Assembly (NCBI GenBank): GCA_046563655.1
Contig: CM102284.1
Location: 3,100,001 to 3,164,000, forward strand
Direction of reading: 5' to 3'
Length of the DNA: 64,000 nt
Source of the DNA: Yuukianura sp. NJ FZ-2021
Taxonomy: Eukaryota
The position numbers and the translations under genes are program-made. The stretch's first letter is position 1. Every line of letters starts with the position of its first letter. This document shows positions 10,701-22,700 of the stretch, one piece after another. The notes below the pieces were generated by a model. It saw only the letters and a list, made by a program, of their open reading frames with translations. It had not been told where the DNA came from and searched no databases.

Positions 10701-13700
10701 CTGTGCCGTCGGTAGTGCTGCTGTGGCTCCTTTGGTCGCGTTTGCTTGAAGGGAAGCTCCTGTGTAAGTCATTGCCGCCATTGCGGAATGGTAGTTCTGT
10801 GCTGCTGCAGCGTAAGCAGAATTGTTTACCATAACGGCAGTAGCTACTCCTGAAGCACTACTAACTGCGTTGTTATTTCAGCGTCGCTTGGGGAGGGGTA
10901 ATTCCTCCTGCGTTTACGCGCATGCGCTTAACTAAAGCGTTCCCTTCATCTTTGGACTCCTCCTCAGTCCCATCACCCGAGACCCCATTGGCCTCTTCAT
11001 GCGCCCCAACATGGGCTCCACCGCCATCTTCTGTCACCTCAGCCTTCAGTTTCTTCAGAGCTGGTCCGTCGAGTAATTCAGTAGTGTCTGCTTGGAGTCC
11101 GTTTCCTTCTGGACTTGTGGACGTAGTCGCATGGACCGGAGATGCTGCAGCGGCTGCCTGAATCTGCTGATGGTGATGAATGGTCTGCTGGATGCTAGAG
11201 GCTGCGACAAACAACGGAAGTAACTACAACTAATTCAGGCTTTGCAAAATTGAGCTTGGCGAAGCAAACACGGTCAAAATGTATACAATTGTCGCAATTT
11301 ACAACATAGAAAGGAAGGAGAGCTTGTCCCTGCTAAGTTTCAGATCCCTCTACGTGGTTAAATGCAAGTGGCAAAGGAAGAAAGTTAGGCACAAATTGCT
11401 CTTTGGGTTTTCATAAGTTATTAACAGAAAAGTGAGGGAGTACTGCGGAGTTATTACTGCAACCAAAAGTGAGAGGGGAAAACTGAAAATGGCACTAAAT
11501 TATTCTGCTTTTTAGAAATCATGCAATGGCACTGAACTCTTATACTTATACACAGTCAAACTGTATTGGAAAGGGGAATGGCGTATTTTGGAAACTGATC
11601 CTTGCTATAATTTAACTAACTCCTCGTCAAATTCCTCAAGTTCCTTTGTTTTTTAAACGAAGTGTCGTTTTTCTCATAAAAAGTAAAAGCGTTTGACTTA
11701 CATGAAACAGGCACAAAGGGCTGTTGCAACTGCATCAAGTGTTGGTACGCTGCGGCCGAGGCGTTGTTTGGCTGCGGATACACTGGAACGCCGGTTTTCT
11801 CTGCTGGACGTTTATACGTCACCATTCCCGGGTAACTCTTCAGAACACAGAAAAAAATATATATCAATTAACTTTCCAAAACATTTCCATCAGCTTTCAT
11901 CCCTATCCCTGCATTTTTAGACGCTTCAAATCTAAATGTATAGTTGTCAAAATGTATTTTTAGATTGGAAAAAGTCTAAACAAACATTAAAGTGCAATTG
12001 TAGTCCATGTGCATCGCAAACGCATAACCATGCCAGGCCCAACCGAATGAAAAATTAAATATTAACCAAAATGGAAACATAAACGTAAAAAATATAGCTA
12101 TGGATGTTGTTTGGTCGTCTCGTACAAGTACCGTGGGTTGAGACGACGTTGTAGCCACTTTTGAAGTCGAATCTGGTGAATTTGGCGTCGGTGGGTCCGC
12201 TGCTGTAAGCTGCTGCTGCATATGCAACTGAAAGGGCCACTGCCACTGCGTTACAGGAATCCAGTAACACTGCCGCTGACCTGAATTTTGAACATGTCTC
12301 GCTGGTCCAAAGCGTTTCCGTTGGGAACCTGCCTGCAACATATCATCCCCACCATTCAAAGGTCAACATAAAACATAAGGAGGTATTCAGCCTTTTAAAA
12401 CAAAAAACTAAGGAAAGTCAAACTGTTCTGGATTCACTCTTTTCTCTGTAATGCTGAGAGACAGCTAAAAGCGGGAGCGTAAATCCCAAAGCAGAAAGTG
12501 TTACAGCAGCAGCTTCTTTTCATCTTCATTCTTCATCTCCCTCTGCTTAACAAAAGATCCCAAGAATCAACAAAGTCAAGAGGCCCCTCAAAAATAAACA
12601 TTCTGCCGTCTAAATACAAAAATCCACTAAAACCGTAATTAAATTCTGCCGCAGTCACGAGAACCAGACGCCAAACTACTTCAAAACTCTCGGATTCAAA
12701 AGATTTCACAGAGAAAGGAAAAAGACCAAGGCGTTTTTGTAAATACGCGGGAAATCGCGCATGAAAGAAGTCATTACAAGACACAGATATGTCTGTATGC
12801 ATTTAATCCCATCCATCGTACAATTTGTATCTTTTGCATTCTGTTCAGTGACTGGGAGTTCAAAGGTGATGAAGAATGAGAATTCATGAGTCTTTCTACT
12901 CATTAAGCTTATACAGATAGGGCCATTAGGTCCTTGGCAAGAGATTTACACTGCGGGTTAATTGCCCATTAGAATCAACCATTCATCCAAAGATCACCAC
13001 CAAGAAAAAGTCAAACAAACAAAATACATGCAACTTCTTTCTCATGCAACACAAAAGGCAAAGGTGTAACATAAAATTCAATGTGAAAACGACTTAAGAA
13101 TTTAAAATTACTGACCAGGAAAATTATAAATTACTAATCACAAACTTTTTTTAGTTGTGCAAAATGTTCGAATTCGAATATAAGAAAACCGTTCAAGCTG
13201 TATTTCATGCAAAGCTAAAGCAAATGACTGGACACAACTTTTTGTATACCGAGAGCGATGAATTAAGTCGGTAAACAATTTGTAGACAATTTTGAATAAA
13301 GAATTCATAGTAACACAATTCGCAGCAACCCAAACCTCGTACCCCCCGCAGTAAGTAGCATGCAATTTTGGCATGCAACAAGTTTCAATTACTTTGAAAA
13401 CTCACACAATATGTTGAAGAAAATTGGAGTGTCATCAAAATTCAACCAAAGTTCGAACGTTTAAAAAGTCAACAGAGAGTAGTGTGAATCCCAGTAAAAA
13501 CAACTGGCGATGCATATGCTTATTAATAGCATGCTTATTCATCGTTCCTAATTTGAAAAATTGGCGGCTTCTGTTCATTCATTTTGTGAAATCACAAACT
13601 GACATTGACAAATGCACTTCGATTACGTTGAAACTCAGACTTTATAAGACGCTCAAACGGCTCACATTACTCAGTTTTTACTGGGAAGCACAGTACTCTC

Positions 13701-16700
13701 GTGTCATCACTTGTAAAGTTGCCTTCTTACCTTCTGTTGGATTACGGCTTGTTGTGGAACTCCAAGTGGCGACATGGGTGACATGACCTGCGCCCCTGAA
13801 GGATCTGACACGAGTGAGACCAATGGCCCTGTAGGGAAGTACGGATTGTACGAGTTCGTGACGCCCAAGTACGGATTCGTTGCCTAAGAATCATATCAGC
13901 ACATTTCGTTGAATTAGCATTTAAATTCAAAATTGAACTAAAGTTAATTCGTTAGTAGTAAATGGACGTACCACTGCTGGGACTTGTCCCGGTACGACGC
14001 CCTGTCCTGGGCCCATTCCCATCTGCTGCATGAGGGCATTCTTGAGGGCCAAATGGTTTCGGCCGTTGATGAGGAGCTGGTCCTTCAAGTGGAGCGGTGG
14101 GTGAAAGTACTTGCACGGTGGCTTCTCTCTGTTGCATCTTCCCTGCAAACACAAAAACAAATTCATCAGTTCATAATTTGACAACTTACAAATTACGAAT
14201 TACGAATCTAACAAATACGCGCAATTTAGATTAAAAAACACCTAATAAGCCTTTGACTGAACTTAATAAGACAAGAACCCTAGTGTTTTTCGTGGTCTCC
14301 AGCAGTGCGTCGAGTCAAAGCTAACAAGCTTTCACCCCTTGCTTAGACACCACTCACATCTTCATTACACCAATCTAATTTCCGTTTAAATCATTCATCA
14401 ATTACAAATAATTTCGAAAGAACAAATGAGTCAAGACGAATTCCGCCTGCTGCTTTCTCCAACTAACAGTGATTCGAGATTCAACAAAATAAGCCACGTT
14501 CATGTGAAGCTGGACTGCATGAATGATGTTTGAAGCCAACGATGTTAAATTGGAGCCAGACAAGCTTTCTCCGTCGGTATCATTTTCTCCATGTAAAAGG
14601 CAGTGAAATGTAAGAGCGAAGGAACGAGGCGGGAGTCATATGCGAGAGATGGGATGATAAGCTGGAGAGGATCCCCATTTCCATTCCCAACCATAAGCTC
14701 CAAATCCCCGAAAAAGATCCCGCATTTCTTTTTTCTCTTTTCCAGGAGGGTTTTACATTACTTAAATTCTCAATAGAGAGGGTGGGCACAAAATGTTTTG
14801 ACTGTGAAAACCGGTTTCAAAGCTACACTACAGTCGTAGTCGTGCTAATAACTTTAAAGATATAGGGTTCAGTTAAGTAACGTGGGGGTACTACAGTAAT
14901 TCTTATTAGCCACACACTAGTCCAAGACATCAAGTTTATCGTATTTTTAATATCAGGTTACGTTCGAGTGATTTCTCTTTACTTATAACTTTACTGCTAA
15001 AGTTTATTCGCACAATTTTATGTTCTGACGATCCTTAAAGTTATGCCCGTATAATGTTATGGACCTCCTACAAACTTCCTAGAAGGAGAGTTGATTGAGA
15101 CCATTAAATTCCTCAGATCAAAGCGCATTCGAAAATATCCACCAACGTTCCGTTCCAACCAGGGTCAAGCTGATTCTAAATATTTCCGACAACGCTTTCG
15201 AAAAATTTTTTGAACAATTTTAACATCGCCGTAGGAGATCAGCCTTCGCTGTTCCAACTTGTTCCATACACTTATTCTTGAACATCCAGAAAAAAAGTAA
15301 GGGAGCAAACGGAACAGTCCAAATAAAATGTTTTGTAGCAGAGTTGAGAATCGCACCCTCTCTAATGACAGTAACAACAACAACTCAAGCAGAAAATTTT
15401 GCTTTCCCACTTACAAAGATACCATCAAGTCAAGAATAACATAGCAAATAATAGTCCAAGCCCTCCCAAGGAAATCCTACACCAACCACAAAGTTCACAA
15501 ATCACAACCAATTCACAATTACGGCTTTTACTACAGAAAAGAAGCTTTGACGTAAACAAGTTATGCTTTCATCTCGTCCGTAATATTGTGTGTTTGCGTT
15601 GCTTTTGGCTTTCTCCGCCATTTGTTTTTGTTTACCTATAACTTCACTCTTCTGAGGAAAGCACTCGTCAGGGTGAAGAGAAAGTTGAACTTCTAAGAAG
15701 AACATTAGAACATCTTGTACCTTTCATGTCAACCAAACTTTGTTTAAAGGCTACCGCCGTGCTAGTGACCACTTTAGAATACAGAAAATGGGACGTTTCC
15801 ACTAAAGGTATGACCGGAATCACGTATGTTTTAAAGTTCGCTGCTAAATCCGCCGCTATGTTATGAGAAAGCAGCACATCTCTGCCCGCTTACGGTCCGA
15901 CGTGCCGTAATAAGGAGAAAGTAAAGTTTAGAGGGTTGCTTAATTGGGCGTATGACCGTGTCCATCTGAATGAGGGAGTCCCACAGGACCTTGCCTTTAG
16001 GAATGGTCCAGAGTACATTGTGTAATTGGATTAAAAGTTCAGGAGATCCATTTTCCCCAAGAATCCCTGGCCATAGAAGGAGTCAGAGAAAGCAGAATTT
16101 ACTTTCTCCTTCCTCCATAAACATCGATCCAACTTTTATTGCGGTTTTCCCATCCAAACCGGTCTCACAACCCCAAGTACGAGACAAGACTTATCACTTC
16201 ACCGCAACCGTTACAGTCTGCGCCTTCCAGTTCAAACGTACTGCAAAACAAGGAGAGATAAGACACACAGATCTTGCTGAACTAGGTTACGCTATACCTG
16301 CCATGCCCTCCAGCGATTTCAGCGTAAGAGTACAGACGTGGTAGGGTAAGGTAGGCGGTGTTGTGCTATAGGACGCTAGGAATCGTGATCACCTGACTAA
16401 GATTACGAACGTCATTGGGTCAACAACAGTCAAATGTAAAAAAAAAAAAAAACAAGTCAAGAAGTTCGAAATCCATATAAGGCGAAATGGTCAAAATTCA
16501 AAATCATTTGATCAAAAAGTGAAAAGATCAAAGAGTGAAAATGTCAACCGTTACAAATACTAGGTTTAGATTCGGTTAGGAAAGGTTTTCTTATGTTTGA
16601 TCATTTTACTGTTTGACCTTTTCACTTTTTGGCCAAATTGTTTTTGATCATTATTACACGGAACCTCAAAATAAAGAAAATCCAATAACTTTGTTTTATG

Positions 16701-19700
16701 TTCCATTCTTATAAAATCCTCTTACATATTGTAATTTCTATTTAGCATGACGCCATGTTTTACGCTTTTACTAAAACAGACACTTAAAGCATAGCCTCTG
16801 TTTTTCAAATCAAGTTTTGTCTGGGGTCAATGCTACAAGTGACCCAGTAAATATATAAATACCGCAATACGTACATAGTACGTGCCAATATAGTAGTCAA
16901 TTACCATGCATGGATGGGCAAGAATTATGTAATAATTCGGTTATACGCGAAGTTTTCGAGGGAAACGTAATCCACGCTGTACTTCTGTGGTCATGGGTTA
17001 CGTTTCTTACAGGAGCATACTTGACGCCAGCGCTCGGGCGAGTCCTGGACAATCTTCTCGGCCGACTAACTCTGACGTTTACTCTGTCTTTACGTTCCGC
17101 TGAAGTGATTTTCTTCCAATTTCAATGAAAGCAAACAAGCCTAAAGGAAACTGAATACTAAAGAAAATAGGAAATTCAAATTCCTTGGACACAAGTCAGC
17201 TAAAGAAGAACCGCAGAAAGCCTTCTTCTGGAGTAAGATCTAGAAAAAAGAGCTAGCTCTCATTAATGCAAAATTTTTAAAGCCCCGACAAGACAAACTC
17301 TTCCTTCCCAAAACCCTTTTGTACCTAAAATGATCAAATTCACAAAAAAAGTCTATAATTTTCTGTGAAAAGCTCCCGGAGAAGCCCAACAGCCCACAGT
17401 GTTAGCCTATTTTCCATTAAAGATCTCAGAAGTGAAAGTTTTCCATCATGGAATTGATTGATAAAGTTTTGAGTCCATAATTCCGTTGTCTCCCCGTGCA
17501 GCATAGTCCATTAGGGCTAGGAACAGGAGTCTATCCATAAGTCCTCTATGGAAATAGGATCATGTCACAAGACTTTTGGAATTTCTTCAAAGTTCTTCCA
17601 CGGTGTCCGTGCCCCACCACCTTTCCCAGGGGATAGATTTATAAGGCTCAGAAATAAGAATTTATTCCTTACGTCTGCCTCAAGTGAAACTCAACTTTTC
17701 CAAAATGGAGGCCATAACGACCAGAACAGAAAGGATGCAGAAAGAGATCTTCTTACATGAATATCTTCCAATGTCAATGTCTTTGCCACATAGTACTTAC
17801 AATTTCCAATATTTTATTGAGCCAGTCTCTCGGAAACTAAAAAATGAAGCAGGGTGGGGAGAAACCTGAATAGAATATGAATAAAACCGGTTGTACGTAA
17901 GTAGCGAAAGACGACGCCTTAACCTTAGCCCTACATCTAGTACACTGCGGAGAGTAGTAGTGCGACTCCGTTACTCGTAGAGCACGGTGGAGAACAATTG
18001 CGAACAATTGTTGTTAATCTAGATGAGATGAACAATTTCAATACAGGTCACTTTTCACGTTACCGGCCAGACGAGCAGACAGACAGACAAGGCGATGCAT
18101 AAAGTAGTTTTCCCTAATAGCAGCAAAGACAATGTCAGTTTTCCACCGGAAGTCACATCCATCCCTCACATTACAATCAACACTTGTAACCACCATCTTT
18201 CCGCATCACAGAAACCAGAGCCCATGTTACCATCATCAGTCTGTCAGAAGAGAGACTACGTCTAAATATATAAATAGGATGTTCTAACTGTATCATCCTC
18301 CGTCAAACTCACACTCTACGCCCTGTATCTTCCTCTCCATTCACAGATAATCCTGACGGGAGGAAGCACAGACTAAACAAAAAACCCAAATTCAAAAAAC
18401 GAACTCTTGCCTCAATTTTCAGCAGAGAAAAAATTAAACAGCTTCCCTCTGACAGATTTCGTACTTTTTTTGGGATCGTTTCTCTCTTATTTCCTTGGCT
18501 CACATTAGAAGGTAAAAGAGAGCAACCAGGATTTATACTAATCCTTGTGCAAATTCTCAGTTTCCTTCGAACTCTTCCTTCTGAAGAGGCTGAAACTGGA
18601 GTAAAAGACGCCTTTGGCCAAAGTGATCGTGTCTTTTTTCATTTGACTCTGTTCCAAATTCTGACATTTCCTGCGAAATGTGCCAGAGGATAGTGAGCCT
18701 TTCTGGTTCAATTTCGTTCGTGAGCAGTGAATAGCTGATGAGGGCGAGATGTCTCGTAAATCTCATTTTCCTTCCACCTCCAATCAGTTCCAGAGCCAAA
18801 AAGTTCCTACCCAGCACGTTTCATGCAGTCATCAGACAATCCACCCATTTCAATCATACAAACTGTCCAAATGAAAACCAACAAACTACAATCCCCACTT
18901 CCGCATCATTCCAATAAATCCAATTCCATTCCTCATAATTTTGGATTCTCATAAAACTTTTCTGAAATTAGGAAAATAAGCTACACTTTCCATCAAATTC
19001 TTTGGCTCATGTCTTAAACAACATTCATTTCACACGCCAGTTTAAGGAGCTGTGCCTATGATGCTATAAACAACAAGGAAAAGCTATCCGCCGTAATTAA
19101 CTACAATCGAATTCTATTTCCATTTGTCATTATGCCTGTCAGGTCATTATGTCTGTCCTCAACTCCAGATCTCCACAATTGTCATTTACCATTCACGTCA
19201 CTCACTTTGGAATTGGAGGAGACTCGGCACTCAACTTAACGTTGGAGATGTAACACTTGAAGGTGTGAAAATCCACTTGCTCAGAGGATTGTTCACGAGA
19301 AAAGACGATCGCACAAATCGTATTTTAGGTAACAGGATTCCAAACCCACGCAACATACAAAGGTTTAGCCTATAGGCTCATTTACAGAATTTATCTCATC
19401 AAACAAGAACAAACTCCCTGCTCCTATCTTCTTTCGTTTTGTTTTTGGCAAACTCTCTTTTACTAAACTGAAAGGTCACCCACTTGATCCCGAAATCCCA
19501 CTTTAAAAAGTAAAACACCGAAAACATTCCACAATCCACAAGCTCCAAGTTAGAGAAGGAATCTGAGACACCAAAGACAAATCTACAAAGTTACAAGAAG
19601 CTAAAGACACAAAAGTTCTCTTCAAACTTCTTAGAACTTTCTTTTCTTTTGATAAACGTAGTAAATAGTTTACACAAATGCGAATCTGTGACTGCTACAA

Positions 19701-22700
19701 GCACAATAGACCGAATTTTGTTTCGTTTAAACTTGTTTTCCTCAAGAATTGCATCATTTCCTGGAATAAAAGGGAGAAAAGAATAAGGTTTGAAGGAAGA
19801 AGAAGAATTGTCTTCATTTTTCAAACTTTTCTCTTGTTCTGAATTTGAAATTGAAATTGAAAAAAGGCTAGTCCGGAGGACCGTGTTGATGCTGATGGTT
19901 TGGAGTTTCGGGCGGAAATCATTGTTAAATCTCCCCTTTTGATTTTCCAAGCAACTACACAATTCCAGTTCCTTTCCATCACCAAATCCCATTCCGTCAT
20001 TCATTCATTCCTCATCTCCACCCAAGAGGAACACAAAAGTTCCTCTTGCACATTTCTCTACTCAATTCCACTATAAAAGCATCTTGACTTCAAATAAAAC
20101 ACATTTCTCACTTTCACTACACTCACTACGCATCTAAAAACTTTCAAACTTATCAACACATGCACCAACTCAACTCACAAACTTCTTCTGTAAACTTTCC
20201 AAACTCAAATGAAAACAAAAAACAAAAATCCTTCTCAATGGCATACGCTCAACTCCATCTTCATTAGGATTAGACTTTTGAAAACAAAGTTTATGAGCAA
20301 GATTTTCTCCGTAACTCTTGCTCAAGGCACCGACAAAAAACCGGCCAAAGTTTATCTTAGATTGACTAACGATGTTATGCTGTTCTAGATTCGATCATGC
20401 TCGAATTTACGTTAGGTTTTTAAGTCAGCACTGCTCACTTAAGTAAAATTCGGATTTTCGGATTCATAATTTTCAAATCCGGATTTATATCAGAATACGC
20501 CAAAAATCCTATGATAAATCCAGTTCAAACAATCCGGATTTTGAACCCCGAGTGAGTACCTTTCAAAACACTACAAAAATATAGCAACAACAAAATGTTG
20601 TTTAAAATAAGGAGACTTGCCAAAAAATATTTATTAAAAACCAGCGAAATATTTAAATAAATACAATGTTTACTGAAAAAAGTCGAAATATTTACGAACT
20701 TAACATTAAGGGCATCGGTAAATAAATATTTAGTAACAAAAATCCCCGAAATCTTGATTTTGTTAACATTTTACAAGCAGGGGAACTAAATATTTTTGGC
20801 AAGCCTGTAAATAAGTCTATCGTATTCGTAACCAAAATTAACATAAACGGCGGGTATGACTTCGAACCGACTTCGAATTTAGCTTTTTAAAAAACAATAA
20901 AGCTAAAAATAGTTACAAAAGTAAAAGTGGTCCCAAATGTAAATGGGATTGGACAAAAGCTTTCCCTGGGTTTTTACACAAAAGATCGATTGTCTATAAC
21001 TAAAAAAGAAGAGCGCCTTTGGTCACGTCCTTTATTTCCATCAATATTGGATTTCTCTAATGAATCCGCGATTCTTCCAGACACGCCATCCCGCACCTTC
21101 CAAGAATACAGAAAGACTCAACTTTCTCCAGGAGACACACACCAGAAAGCACATAAAAAGTAAGGTTTTGGAGACTTAACCCCAAGCGATACGGCAGGAA
21201 CAGACGTAACAACGCAAGAATTCGCCACAACCATTTGCCAAATCCTCTGCACCCATTCCTCAAAGTCCGCAAAGAAATCCAATTCCCATCTTCCAACTTT
21301 CTCCAAACCTCAATTTACATGGAAAGGATGAGTCAAAAAGGAATCCCACGACTCCCGTTACATTATAAATTATTTCCCATCTAACGATACCAAATAGAGG
21401 GAAACTTTGACATATAAAATTTTAATTTTCTCTTAGCCTTCAACGGAGGGGTTCGTTTCCTATAAAAAGTCATAAAAATGTTTCCTCTCAATAAACCATT
21501 AAGCTTAAGTCATAAACTTTCATCCATCTCCCGCTTTAAAAGAAACGACATTTTAGCAAAAATTGAAATCACCCCTGATGAAGATATTCTGAAAACAATT
21601 TTCCCCAATTTCAAAAAATGTCAATCTTTCCATGTTGGCCAGAGCGTAGCACGTCATTAGCGCGAAAGCCATAAACGCGAATTCAGTAACTTGACAACAA
21701 TCCGACCAAATGACATTGGGTTTCATTTTTCATAGGCTAGGTTTTGAAAAGGCGTGAGTTAGGTTTTTAGAGGTGTAGGTTATGTATTTAAATAGCGCGG
21801 GATAGGTTTTCACAATGTGTGTGTTATGTTTTCGAAGGAAATGTGTTACAATGTTTCATTGAAAACACAGCTCAATGTTGCCAAGTTGCCGAATTCGCGC
21901 TTATTGTTTTCGCGGTAATGATCTGGAACCACCCATAACGCTGTTCTTCCAACTTGTAAAGACAAACCAAACACACCCAAACATAATGTAAATATCGCCT
22001 TTTCACTTTCTGTTTGTGTTTGAACCTCATCCGACTTCCCAAAAATTTCAAACCACAATGTTTGAATTTCCCAAAATTTTCAACTTTACAAAAACACAGC
22101 AACACTCTCATTCCTTACGGTTTCAAAAGGCGCCAGAATAGCGAGTGTAAAGTCAAATGATGTGAATAATTTTTGTCCATGATCTGCTCAAAACAGGAGG
22201 AGGCCACTTACTTCCACTAAAGAGAGACCTGCGTTCCCTTAACTTTAACTGCTGTTTGTGAATTGGCTCAATTAGACTTGACTTGAAATTGGATCCAATC
22301 GAGCCAATCAACCAATTGAGCCCCCTTCCGCCTCACTATCTTAAATTAAACTTCTGACTCATCCCAAAGTAGGTTCACTTACCACAATTAATAAAACCAA
22401 CAGAACATCATCTATCCTAATCCCTAACCCAGAAAAAAAGTATCACCAAAACCACAAACCAAGCCAGATCTCGTAGCAAAAGCACATGAGTCAAGGAGTC
22501 ATACAACAACAGACCAACTTTTTTCATCTCAGAAGACCATAAAAACAATGACATCATCCCACACAAGACAAAAAACAAAAAGAGCGAGTTGACAAAACTT
22601 CCAAATGTGGAAAGTCTCGCCGTGTTCTGTCCAATGAGCCTGTCACCCAAAATGGGCGTCGGCTTTATATGTTGAATGATTTCCCATCATGCACAACCGG

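Noticed and set aside
9969-11161. Plus-strand ORFs 9969-10442, 10568-10834 and 10922-11161
   Set aside because: Antisense shadows of the GC-richer mbl terminal exons.
15550-16452. Possible decayed LINE ending in poly(A) at ~16439-16452
   Set aside because: No recognisable RT or endonuclease motif and no convincing TSD; it needs blastx.
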